A DNA stretch of 64,000 bases from Candidatus Omnitrophota bacterium (lineage in GTDB: Bacteria; Omnitrophota; Gorgyraeia; Gygaellales; Profunditerraquicolaceae). The notes under the pieces are model-generated. The model saw nothing but the letters and a program-made list of their open reading frames with translations, was not told the origin of the DNA and did no database searches. This document shows, piece by piece, positions 56,601-64,000 of the stretch. Location: the NCBI GenBank assembly GCA_003598025.1, contig QZKH01000002.1:74133-138132 (forward strand), read 5' to 3'. The first letter of the stretch is position 1; every line of letters begins with the position of its first letter. The translations under genes and the position numbers were made by a program.

Positions 56601-56940
56601 CGCTGTTGACGATGGAGTATTGATTACAACGTATCTTGACGACGTATTTGGAGAGAGGAAAGATAAGATAAAAAACAGGCAGGACGTTGTTGAGGCGACT
56701 GTCCATGCAGGTTTAGGTAGGATCAGGCCGGCGTTTCTCACAACTATGACTACTATTGTTGCGCTTCTACCGATTATGTTCTTAAAAGGAACAGGCGCGG
56801 AAGTTATGCAGCCCATGGCTATACCTTCCATAGGCGGGATGGTTTTTGAGATGGTTACCTGGTTTATAGTTCCGGTTTTATATTCATGGCGCGAAGAAAG
56901 AAAGATAGCGAAAGCAAAACCTTTACTATCTAAACCTTAA
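53674..56940 (+). CDS. cusA: heavy-metal efflux RND pump, CusA/CzcA family
   Basis: 1088 aa, 12-TM RND architecture. N-terminus IINYCLKTPFVVF...IPVDAIPDIGEKQVII is typical of the HME-RND subfamily. Confidence 0.93.
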   Translation: MINKIINYCLKTPFVVFVAYSAVFFWGLWAITNIPVDAIPDIGEKQVIIYTEWPGRSAKDVEDQVTYPLSVSLRGIPGVKTIRASSAFGFSEVYLIFNDNIDYYWARSRVLEKLNLASSRLPMGVMPVLGPDATGLGQIFWYTVEGKGYGIDQLRSIQDWFIRYQLNSVQGVSEVASIGGFVKQYQIDIDPNKMLAYNIHLGQIMEAVKKSNIDVGAKVVENNAMEYIIRGLGFIKSLEDIENIAVGEINGVPIYIKNIANVQLGPEFRRGALDKDGQEAVGGVVIMRYGENAMQVIHRVKEAIKELQKGLPEGVKIVPFYDRTDLIHRTIGTLREALILEIIITMAVVVPFLAHIWAGVIISITLPFSVLIAFIAMYYLKVDSNITSLSGIAIAIGTLVDMGIVMTENIYRRLIEYSDDIKKGVKSRLDVVFKASSEVGSAVITAILTTVVSFLAVFALEAQEGKLFKPLAYTKTFTLLASVTVALTLTPVLCMYLLKGRLRAPEENILVKILQRNYEKVLRWCLNHRVTFLLIPAVLLITSIPFILPKDITSLAVFLLIVVALLVFILPKKTKSVIASVLVVVISLGWFWFSPRIGREFMPPFDEGSILFMPVMHPSVSLTEAIRVIQIQDKIIKSFPEVELVVGKVGRAESATDPAPVEMFETIITLKPKKDWRKGMTKEKLIRQMDAALQIPGVSNIWTQPIVNRIDMLATGIRTSVGVKVFGPDLKKIEEIATEIEKVLRAVPGAVDLYSEKIVGKPYIEFKIKREQLARYGISIREVQDVIEMAIGGENLTTTVEGRERYPVRVRYARELRDNIDALRRVLVSTKDGAQIPISQLVDIYFVTGPAMINSENGLLRAYVLMNVRGKDMVTFVEDASKIVSEKVKLPAGYFIQWSGQFENQVRAKKKIAVLLPVSLLINFMLIYMNFRSIIKSVFIFTAVPVTLAGGIWLLAFSGFNFSVAVWVGFIALFGIAVDDGVLITTYLDDVFGERKDKIKNRQDVVEATVHAGLGRIRPAFLTTMTTIVALLPIMFLKGTGAEVMQPMAIPSIGGMVFEMVTWFIVPVLYSWREERKIAKAKPLLSKP

Positions 56941-56952
56941 AAAGGAGGTAAG

Positions 56953-57324
56953 ATGTATATGGCAAGGATTTATTTTCTAAGTTTAGCTGTAGTTTTTGCA
57001 TCGGTTTCTTTGGTATTTGCACAAATGCACGAGCACGCAGATATGCATAAGAATATGATGGAGCAAGCAGAACAAAGTAAGGCCGAGAATGTGGGAAATA
57101 AGATTTGCCCTGTAAGCGGGGAGAAGATAATTGAAGAATTCAAAGCAACATATGAATACAAGGGTAAGATTTACAATTTTTGTTGCGCTTCTTGCGTTGA
57201 AGAATTCAAAAAAGACCCGGAAAAATATATTAAAAAGATAGAGGAAGAGGAAAAAGCAGCTCTCAAAGAAGAGAACAAAGTTACAAAGCCGGATTCAGAC
57301 ACCCATAAGGGACACCAACACTAA
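56953..57324 (+). CDS. YHS/TRASH-domain metal-binding protein
   Basis: Contains CPVSGEKI...YEYKGKIYNFCCASCVEEFKKDPEKY, a signal peptide and a His-rich C-terminus. Confidence 0.75.
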   Translation: MYMARIYFLSLAVVFASVSLVFAQMHEHADMHKNMMEQAEQSKAENVGNKICPVSGEKIIEEFKATYEYKGKIYNFCCASCVEEFKKDPEKYIKKIEEEEKAALKEENKVTKPDSDTHKGHQH

Positions 57325-57336
57325 AAACACAGTTAT

Positions 57337-58056
57337 ATGGCTAAGAGAATCAGTTTGTTAAATAAATCCATACTTCTAAGCATTATTATGCTATTAGTTG
57401 TTACTGTCATTTCTTTTGCTAAAGATCAGTCTGGGCTTAAAAAGGAGATCTATTCAAAATTAAAGTGTTGTAATTGCGCTGTATCTTTTGAAAAGTGCAC
57501 TTGCGCTGAGGCTAATGAAATAAAACCATATGCAGACAAGCTTATTGCGGATGGATTTAGGCCAGAAGAGATTTTTTATAGGTTAGCTAAACGTTTCTCG
57601 TTGAAGATAATTACTGACCCTCAAATAAAACAACAGGTTGAAAAAAGGCTGATTAAAGAAATGAAAGGTATGTCCCCCAAGATAGCTGTCGAAAATGGGA
57701 CAGTTAATTTAGGGGCTATCAGTAAAAAGAAAAATAAACTTTATAAAAGCAGCTACAAGCTGGTCAATGAAGGCAATGCTGCTTTAAGAATCTCAAACAT
57801 AAAGACATCATGTCCTTGCGTAAGTGTTGCGCTTAAATCAAGAGATTCAGTCACTCCCTATTTTGGAGTGGGGGGTTCAGCAGTAGACTTAGGTGTAACC
57901 ATTGAGCCGGGAAGCTCTGCAGATTTGATGATAATATTTGATTTGACACATCCGAGCGTAAGCAGGGGCAAGCTCATAAGATATATTTTTATAAACAGTA
58001 ACGACCCTTTAACTCCTCAGTTTGAATTGGAATTAACCGCAGATATAATCAAATAG
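57337..58056 (+). CDS. DUF1573-domain protein with N-terminal CcmH/NrfF-like Cys motif
   Basis: N-terminal domain: LKCCNCAVSFEKCTCAEANEIKPYADKLIADGFRPEEIFYRLAKRF. C-terminal domain: YKLVNEGNAALRISNIKTSCPCVSV (DUF1573 signature). Confidence 0.55.
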   Translation: MAKRISLLNKSILLSIIMLLVVTVISFAKDQSGLKKEIYSKLKCCNCAVSFEKCTCAEANEIKPYADKLIADGFRPEEIFYRLAKRFSLKIITDPQIKQQVEKRLIKEMKGMSPKIAVENGTVNLGAISKKKNKLYKSSYKLVNEGNAALRISNIKTSCPCVSVALKSRDSVTPYFGVGGSAVDLGVTIEPGSSADLMIIFDLTHPSVSRGKLIRYIFINSNDPLTPQFELELTADIIK

Positions 58057-58121
58057 TATATTTGTTAAAGCATAGCCTATTTAAAAACAAAATAGGACCG
58101 TAAAAAAGATAAATTTTTTTC

Positions 58122-58150
58122 TTGACAAATGATACCATTATGGTATCATT
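58122..58150 (+). promoter_or_regulatory. promoter TTGACA-16-(TGg)TATCAT overlapped by a perfect 11-1-11 palindrome (candidate Rrf2 operator)
   Basis: TTGACA at 58122-58127 and TATCAT at 58144-58149. AATGATACCAT-T-ATGGTATCATT at 58128-58150. Confidence 0.6.
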
Positions 58151-58169
58151 TAACGAGAAAGGAGGTAAT

Positions 58170-58247
58170 ATGGATATAACTATCAGGTATATGCTTCGGC
58201 CGGTAGCTCACTGCAAAGAAGGTTGTAGTATTTTGTCCTGGGTATGA
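58170..58247 (+). CDS. 25-aa micro-ORF with strong SD (function unknown; may only be a leader)
   Basis: AAAGGAGGTAAT precedes ATG 58170. Hand translation MDITIRYMLRPVAHCKEGCSILSWV, ending at TGA 58245-58247. Confidence 0.2.
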   Translation: MDITIRYMLRPVAHCKEGCSILSWV

Positions 58248-58341
58248 CGTTAAATCGCCCGGCTCGCATTTGCCTGCCGGATGACACTCGGGATCAATCT
58301 GAGTGCTGCCCATTTAACCCCTGATAAATAAAAAGGAAAAT

Positions 58342-58737
58342 ATGAAATTATTAACCAGAGATACGGATTATGCGGTAAGGGCGCTTTGTTTTATAGCAAG
58401 AATGGATAATAAAGTTGTTCCTGTTCCGGAATTAGTCAGGGAGCTTGATGTCCCCAGGCCATTTTTGAGGAAGATCCTGCAGATACTGCACAAAAAGGGT
58501 ATTTTGTATTCTTTTAAAGGTAAAGGAGGCGGATTCTCTTTGGCAAAACCTCCAGATAAGATATTAATTACCGATTTAATAAAGATATTTCAGAATTCTC
58601 TTAAATTAAATGAGTGCATACTGAAAAAAAGAATATGCCCTAATAAGGGCGCCTGTTCTCTAAGGCGTAAGATCGATGGTATTGAAAAGATTGTTGCTAA
58701 GGAGCTAAGTTCTATAACTGTAAAGTCATTAATCTAG
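58342..58737 (+). CDS. Rrf2-family transcriptional regulator (NsrR/IscR-like, three-Cys cluster motif)
   Basis: Contains MKLLTRDTDYAVRAL, a wHTH, GGGFSLAKP, and Cys-x6-Cys-x5-Cys (CILKKRICPNKGAC). Confidence 0.85.
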   Translation: MKLLTRDTDYAVRALCFIARMDNKVVPVPELVRELDVPRPFLRKILQILHKKGILYSFKGKGGGFSLAKPPDKILITDLIKIFQNSLKLNECILKKRICPNKGACSLRRKIDGIEKIVAKELSSITVKSLI

Positions 58738-58752
58738 AAAAGGAGTTAAGAA

Positions 58753-60432
58753 ATGAGTAATAAAATGTTTTGCTATCAATGTGAGGAGACTGTAAACGGC
58801 AAAGGATGCACAATCGAAGGCATCTGCGGGAAAACCCATGTAGTAGCTAATTTACAGGACCTTCTTATTTATCTTGCTAAAGGTATATCTGTATATGCAA
58901 ATAAGGCAAGGGAATTAGGCGTAAACAATGCAGAGGTAGACTTATTTGTAATTGAATCGCTGTTTTCGACTGTCACAAACGTTAATTTTGACCAAGATAG
59001 AATGATTGAATTGATAAAAAAAGCGTTCTATTACAGGGATGATATAAAGAATATGTTTTTCGGGGCATATAAAGCTAAGAACGCAAACAAAGGCTTTGAA
59101 GGGAAGCTCCCGGATGCTTGTATCTGGCATTGGGATGGCAGCGTAGACAGCCTTTACACAAAGGCAATAAGCGTAAGTATATTATCTGAGGCCAATGAAG
59201 ATATACGTTCATTAAGAGAATTATTAGTTTACGGGCTTAAAGGGATAGCTGCATATGCAGACCATGCATATATATTAGGTAAAGAAGATAACGATATACT
59301 GGCTTTTGTCGAAGAGGGGCTTGCTGCTACGCTTGATAATACCTTAGGGGCCCAGGAGCTAGTCGGCTTAGTTATGAAAGCCGGTGAATATGCAGTTAAA
59401 ACAATGGCACTTTTAGATAACGCTAATACGTCTGCCTATGGTAATCCTGAAATAACCCAGGTATTTACCGGCACTAAAGAAGGCCCGGCGATACTTGTTA
59501 GCGGACATGATCTGTTGGATTTGGAAGAGATACTTAAACAGACGCAAGGAACCGGTATAAATGTTTATACTCATGGTGAGATGTTGCCTGCAAATGCATA
59601 TCCGAAATTAAAGAAGTATAGCAATCTTGTAGGTAATTACGGTACTTCCTGGTATAACCAGCAAAAAGAATTCGAGGCATTTAACGGGGCTATAGTAATG
59701 ACTACCAATTGCCTCCAGAGGCCAAAAGATTCTTACAGAGACAGGATGTTTACCACAGGCTTAGTCGCATGGCCGCAAGTCCAGCATATTAAGGACAGGG
59801 TAGGCAGCGCTCAAAAAGATTTTTCTGCTGTAATTGAGAAGGCGCTTGCCCTGGGTGGCCTTGAAGAAACCCCAGGTAAATATATTACAATCGGTTTTGC
59901 CCACGTATCTGCTATCAAAGTCGCAGCAAAGATAGTAGATGCTGTTAAATCAGGGAGTATAAAGAGATTTGTGGTAATGGCTGGTTGTGACGGAAGGCAC
60001 AAGGAGAGGAATTATTTCAGTGAGGTAGCAAGGCAACTTCCGGAAGATGCGGTGATATTGACCGCAGGATGCGCCAAATACAGATATAATATGCTGGATC
60101 TCGGAGATATAGGGGGAATACCCAGAGTTATAGACGCCGGCCAGTGCAATGATTCCTATTCTCTGGTTGTGATCGCCCAGGAGCTGGCAAAGGTATTCAA
60201 AGTTAAAGATATAAATGAACTGCCGGTTTCGTTTGATATAGCATGGTATGAACAAAAGGCAGTATGCGTGCTTTTAGCTTTGTTATATCTTGGAGTAAAA
60301 AATATAAGGCTGGGACCGAACCTGCCAGCTTTCATTTCTCCTGCTGTTTTAAAGGTGCTGGTTGAGAAATTCGATATTAAGCCCATCAGTACTCCGGAAA
60401 AAGATATAGAAGCTATGCTGGCGGCTAAATAA
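58753..60432 (+). CDS. hcp: hybrid-cluster protein / hydroxylamine reductase
   Basis: 559 aa. N-terminus MFCYQCEETVNGKGCTIEGICGK, plus the MAGCDG and AGCAKYR motifs. Confidence 0.95.
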   Translation: MSNKMFCYQCEETVNGKGCTIEGICGKTHVVANLQDLLIYLAKGISVYANKARELGVNNAEVDLFVIESLFSTVTNVNFDQDRMIELIKKAFYYRDDIKNMFFGAYKAKNANKGFEGKLPDACIWHWDGSVDSLYTKAISVSILSEANEDIRSLRELLVYGLKGIAAYADHAYILGKEDNDILAFVEEGLAATLDNTLGAQELVGLVMKAGEYAVKTMALLDNANTSAYGNPEITQVFTGTKEGPAILVSGHDLLDLEEILKQTQGTGINVYTHGEMLPANAYPKLKKYSNLVGNYGTSWYNQQKEFEAFNGAIVMTTNCLQRPKDSYRDRMFTTGLVAWPQVQHIKDRVGSAQKDFSAVIEKALALGGLEETPGKYITIGFAHVSAIKVAAKIVDAVKSGSIKRFVVMAGCDGRHKERNYFSEVARQLPEDAVILTAGCAKYRYNMLDLGDIGGIPRVIDAGQCNDSYSLVVIAQELAKVFKVKDINELPVSFDIAWYEQKAVCVLLALLYLGVKNIRLGPNLPAFISPAVLKVLVEKFDIKPISTPEKDIEAMLAAK

Positions 60433-60447
60433 AATACGGGGGAAACT

Positions 60448-61284
60448 ATGCAGAAAAGGAAAATAATAAAAATTGATGAAAATAAATGTACTGGGTGCGG
60501 CCTGTGCATACCGAATTGCCCTGAGGGCGCTATACAGATAATTGATGGTAAGGCGCGCCTCATAAGCGATTTGTTTTGTGACGGTTTAGGCGCATGTATC
60601 GGCCATTGCCCCGAGGGAGCTATAACTATAGAGGAGAGGGAAGCCCAGGCCTACGACGAGGATAAAGTGATGGAAAATATCGTAAAGCAAGGCCCGAATG
60701 TAATAAAAGCCCACCTCCATCATTTAAAAGCTCATGGCGAGGTAAATTATTATAACCAGGCTTTGGCTTTCTTGAAGGAACACAACATCAATATCCCTGT
60801 AGATAAGAAATGCGGCCCCGCTGGCCACGGGCCATCTGGTTGTCCTGGCTCAAGGATGATGGATTTGCGCAAAAAGAAAAAAACAGAACACGATGTAAGC
60901 TCTGCGGCAAAGCAGGAGTCTGAACTTGGCCAGTGGCCGGTGCAGCTTATGCTTGTGCCCAGCTATGCGCCTTATTTGAATAATTGCGATCTTCTGATAG
61001 CTGCCGATTGCGTTCCTTTTGCTTATGCTGATTTTCATCGCGACCTTTTGAAAGGCAAAACTTTGCTCGTGGGCTGCCCCAAACTTGACGATGTTTCAAT
61101 ATATCAGAATAAACTGGAACAGGTTTTTGCCAATAACGATATAAAATCAGTTACTTATGCCCATATGGAAGTGCCTTGCTGTTTTGGTTTGGTTAATATA
61201 ATACAATCGGCGATAGAGAAATCAGGTAAAGCAATACCTTTTAAAGAAGCTGTCATAAGTATAAGCGGAGAGAGGCTAAGATGA
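60448..61284 (+). CDS. 4Fe-4S dicluster domain protein
   Basis: Contains CTGCGLCIPNCP and CDGLGACIGHCP, plus a Cys-containing C-terminal domain of about 130 aa. Confidence 0.7.
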   Translation: MQKRKIIKIDENKCTGCGLCIPNCPEGAIQIIDGKARLISDLFCDGLGACIGHCPEGAITIEEREAQAYDEDKVMENIVKQGPNVIKAHLHHLKAHGEVNYYNQALAFLKEHNINIPVDKKCGPAGHGPSGCPGSRMMDLRKKKKTEHDVSSAAKQESELGQWPVQLMLVPSYAPYLNNCDLLIAADCVPFAYADFHRDLLKGKTLLVGCPKLDDVSIYQNKLEQVFANNDIKSVTYAHMEVPCCFGLVNIIQSAIEKSGKAIPFKEAVISISGERLR

Positions 61285-62024
61285 TGCTTGGGTGTCCTGG
61301 TTCAGGGCCGTTCAAGCAGCCAAAGCCCGAAGACCTAAAGTGTTCCAGGTGTAATGCTGAAATTGAGATCTGGAGCGATGAAGCCAAGGCTAAATGCCCG
61401 TCTTGCGGAAATATTGTATTACGCAAATTTTCCGGAAACACATGCCTTGACTGGTGTAAAGAAGCCCGTTTCTGCGTCGGAGATAAAGTTTATAAAAATT
61501 ATATTCAGGGCAAGGCAGCATCCTTAAAACAGGGGATAGTCGAAGAGATGGAGCGTTATTTCGGAGATGATACAAAGAGGATAAGGCACGCAAGGAATGT
61601 TATGGGATTTGCTGAAATGATCCTCAAGGAACATAAAGCAGATTGGCATATCGTTATACCCGCTAGCCTATTGCATGATATAGGGATTAAGCGGGCTCAG
61701 GAGAAATACGGCTCAACCTCGGGGCATTACCAGGAGATAGAAGGGCCTGCAATCGCAGAGGCCATACTTAATAAATTGGGGGTCAAAAAAAGCGATATTG
61801 ATGAAATTTGCCAGATTATTGCACATCATCATTCCCCGGGCATAGTTAATACTGAGAATTTTAAAGTCTTATATGATGCTGATTGGCTGGTAAATTTAAA
61901 AGACGAGTATGATATTAAAGACAGGCAAAAACTGATCCGGATTATCGATAGGGTATTTCTGACGGAAACAGGCAAAAGGTTAGCCAACGATACTTACGTT
62001 AACTTAAAAAGGAGTAATCTATGA
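61281..62024 (+). CDS. HD-domain phosphohydrolase with N-terminal zinc ribbon
   Basis: Contains [11 protein letters not shown]...CPSCGN, followed by RHARNV...SLLHDIG...AHHHSPG. Confidence 0.7.
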   Translation: MMLGCPGSGPFKQPKPEDLKCSRCNAEIEIWSDEAKAKCPSCGNIVLRKFSGNTCLDWCKEARFCVGDKVYKNYIQGKAASLKQGIVEEMERYFGDDTKRIRHARNVMGFAEMILKEHKADWHIVIPASLLHDIGIKRAQEKYGSTSGHYQEIEGPAIAEAILNKLGVKKSDIDEICQIIAHHHSPGIVNTENFKVLYDADWLVNLKDEYDIKDRQKLIRIIDRVFLTETGKRLANDTYVNLKRSNL

Positions 62025-62242
62025 AAGAAAAAGTTTTAGATGTTTTGACAAAAATCCGGCCTATGCTTCAGGCTGACGGAGGGGATGTGGAGTTGGTTGA
62101 GGTTACGCCGGAAAATGTCGTTAAGGTCAGGCTTAAAGGTGCATGCGGAAGCTGTCCCATGAGCCAGATGACTTTAAAAATGGGGGTTGAGAGGCTGTTA
62201 AAAAAGGAAATCCCTGAGATTAAAGAAGTAGTGGCGGTATAG
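62021..62242 (+). CDS. NifU-like (Nfu C-terminal) Fe-S cluster domain protein
   Basis: 73 aa. Contains [13 protein letters not shown] and [14 protein letters not shown]. Confidence 0.8.
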   Translation: MKEKVLDVLTKIRPMLQADGGDVELVEVTPENVVKVRLKGACGSCPMSQMTLKMGVERLLKKEIPEIKEVVAV

Positions 62243-62303
62243 TAAATTTATCCCAGGCGGTTAGTTAGCCGTATTAAATAAATAGTGTTTTTAAATAACC
62301 TTC

Positions 62304-62345
62304 CATGAACCACGAACTATGAACTATGAACTATGAACTATGAAC
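62304..62345. repeat. six-unit tandem heptamer array CATGAAC CACGAAC (TATGAAC)x4
   Basis: Read directly from the sequence. The array ends 16 nt before the -35 hexamer. Confidence 0.92.
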
Positions 62346-62361
62346 TAATATGCTATACCCT

Positions 62362-62389
62362 TTGACTATTATCAGCCCGCTGTTATAAT
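62362..62389 (+). promoter_or_regulatory. near-consensus sigma70 promoter TTGACT-16-TATAAT
   Basis: Hexamers at 62362-62367 and 62384-62389, followed by a GGAGG RBS and ATG 62415. Confidence 0.6.
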
Positions 62390-62414
62390 GGGACAGGATA
62401 GGCGGAGGTGTAAT

Positions 62415-63602
62415 ATGAAGACAGAGATAGCAAAGAATATTTATTCGGTAGGGGTGCTTGATTGGAATATGCGTTCTTTTCACGGGCACACTTATTCAAC
62501 AAGCAGGGGCACGACTTATAATTCTTATCTTATAATCGATGATAAAGTTACCCTTGTAGACGGGGTCTTAGGTTCATTTTCAGGGGAACTGATTAATAAC
62601 ATAAGCGAGATTGTTTCGCCTGAGAAAATAGACTACATTATTGTAAATCACCTTGAAGCTGACCATACGGGGGCATTACCCGAGGTGATTAAGATTTGTC
62701 CTAACGCAAGAATATTTTGCTCCCAGAAATGTAAAGAAGGATTATATAAGCATTATTATGAAAATTGGAATTTTAATGTCGTAAAAACCGGGGATATCCT
62801 TAAGCTGGGAGAAAAAACACTGTCTTTTATCGAGGCCCCCATGATCCATTGGCCGGATAGCATGTTTACATATTGCCGGCAGGACGCCCTGCTTATGCCT
62901 AACGATGCATTCGGACAGCACTATGCAACCAGCCAAAGATTTGATGATCAGGTTGACCAATGCGAACTTATGGATGAAGCTGTAAAATATTACTCAAATA
63001 TTCTTTGGCCGTTGAGTGCAATAATCTCCAAGAAAATAGAGGAGATTGAGAAAATGGATATCCCGATTAAGACAATTGCTCCTAGCCACGGGATAGTATG
63101 GCGTAGGGACCCAGCCAAAATAATAAATGCTTATAAAAAATGGTCTAAAAATGAATCAGAGCCCAAGGTTGTAATCATCTATGAGACTATGTGGGGCTCA
63201 ACTGAGAAAATGGCAAGGGCCATATCGCAGGGGCTTATGGATTCAGGTGTTAAGGTCAAGATTTTCGATGTTGCAGTCTCTGACAGGACGGAGATGACAA
63301 AAGAAATGATGGAGAGCCGGGGCTATTTGTTTGGTTCTTCCACGCATGATAATGATATGCTCCCGACAATGGCGGGATTCATGGAATTCGTAAAGGGCCT
63401 GAAGCCTAAGAACAGGCTGGTTTCAGTTTTTGGTTCTTATGGCTGGGCAGGAGGCGCGGTAAAAGAGATTGAAGGAGTTATAAAAGAGACAGGCCTGAAT
63501 ATAAACCAACCTTCTTTATCAATCCAATATGTACCTGATAACAAGGCTTTAAAAGACTGCTACAATTTTGGCGTAAATTTCAGCAAGCTGGTCAAGTTTT
63601 AA
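62415..63602 (+). CDS. flavodiiron protein (FprA-type O2/NO reductase)
   Basis: Contains MKTEIAKNIYSVGV, the di-iron motif HLEADHTG and a C-terminal flavodoxin domain (VIIYETMWGSTEKMA). ATG 62415 follows GGAGG; the track start at 62388 lies within the -10 box. Confidence 0.9.
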   Translation: MKTEIAKNIYSVGVLDWNMRSFHGHTYSTSRGTTYNSYLIIDDKVTLVDGVLGSFSGELINNISEIVSPEKIDYIIVNHLEADHTGALPEVIKICPNARIFCSQKCKEGLYKHYYENWNFNVVKTGDILKLGEKTLSFIEAPMIHWPDSMFTYCRQDALLMPNDAFGQHYATSQRFDDQVDQCELMDEAVKYYSNILWPLSAIISKKIEEIEKMDIPIKTIAPSHGIVWRRDPAKIINAYKKWSKNESEPKVVIIYETMWGSTEKMARAISQGLMDSGVKVKIFDVAVSDRTEMTKEMMESRGYLFGSSTHDNDMLPTMAGFMEFVKGLKPKNRLVSVFGSYGWAGGAVKEIEGVIKETGLNINQPSLSIQYVPDNKALKDCYNFGVNFSKLVKF

Positions 63603-63606
63603 GATT

Positions 63607-64000
63607 ATGAGTTTAGAACATACACATCATAACCGGATTGTAAAGATATCCCGCCTGAGGCTGGCGATAGCATTTACCGGACTGGGCATGGTCATTGAAA
63701 TTATCGGTGGTTTCATGTCCAATAGCCTTGCCCTTATTTCCGATGCCGGGCATATGCTTACCCATATGTTTGCTTTGGGGATGAGTTATTTCGCTCTGCT
63801 TTTATCCGGCCGGCCGGCTACTAAAAAACGTACTTATGGCTATTACAGGGCAGAGGTCTTAGCTGCATTTATAAACGGCATAGTCTTGATCCTGATATCG
63901 TTTTATCTTATTTACGAAGCCATCCTAAGGTTTATTTCTCCCGAACCAATAAAAATATCTGAAATGCTTCTGGTCGCCGTTATAGGTCTGGCAATCAACG
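63607..64000 (+). CDS. cation diffusion facilitator transporter (CzcD-like), N-terminal part; continues beyond window
   Basis: Hand translation MSLEHTHHNRIVKISRLRLAIAFTGLGMVIEIIGGFMSNSLALISDAGHMLTH...YGYYRAEVLAAF, with CDF signature motifs. Confidence 0.85.
   Translation, partial: MSLEHTHHNRIVKISRLRLAIAFTGLGMVIEIIGGFMSNSLALISDAGHMLTHMFALGMSYFALLLSGRPATKKRTYGYYRAEVLAAFINGIVLILISFYLIYEAILRFISPEPIKISEMLLVAVIGLAIN

Noticed and set aside
58248-58341. Possible riboswitch in the rrf2-hcp leader.
   Set aside because: Only short 5-bp hairpins could be found by eye, and there is no resemblance to riboswitch cores I can recall. A covariance-model scan is needed.

Overview
The window is 64 kb of densely packed, mostly plus-strand bacterial chromosome. 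It appears to come from a diderm, probably anaerobic organism. Evidence for a diderm envelope is the BamD-like, LptE, Lnt, LpxL-like and TolC/Cus genes; evidence for anaerobiosis is Hcp, a flavodiiron protein and radical-SAM enzymes. The lineage cannot be determined from the sequence alone.

Recognisable content:
- A nucleoside-phosphorylase / MtnA-like isomerase / class II aldolase / aldehyde dehydrogenase cluster.
- A minor-pilin (PilV/W/X-like) operon plus pilT.
- tRNA-Leu(CAA) and tRNA-Ala(GGC).
- Housekeeping genes: nfo, leuS, comEA, comEC, lptE, holA, rpsT, murJ, uvrC, secA, lnt, and prfB with its canonical +1 frameshift.
- An iron/zinc island: ZIP, fur, split feoB, dtxR.
- A csoR-cusCBA copper island.
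- An Rrf2-hcp-flavodiiron stress cluster.

No CRISPR array, transposase, integrase or recognisable defence system was seen.

The most unusual signals are non-coding:
1. A dispersed family of tandem 7-bp units (GTTCATA / TATGAAC) at seven or more loci. They often occur as inverted arm pairs in divergent intergenic regions or immediately upstream of near-consensus sigma70 promoters. A variant lies inside leuS.
2. A four-copy 89-bp hairpin-rich tandem repeat fills the tRNA-Ala to tRNA-Leu spacer.
3. Interrupted tRNA-Ala 5' fragments lie upstream of tRNA-Ala.

Several track ORF starts were corrected because repeats or 4-nt start/stop overlaps inflated them.
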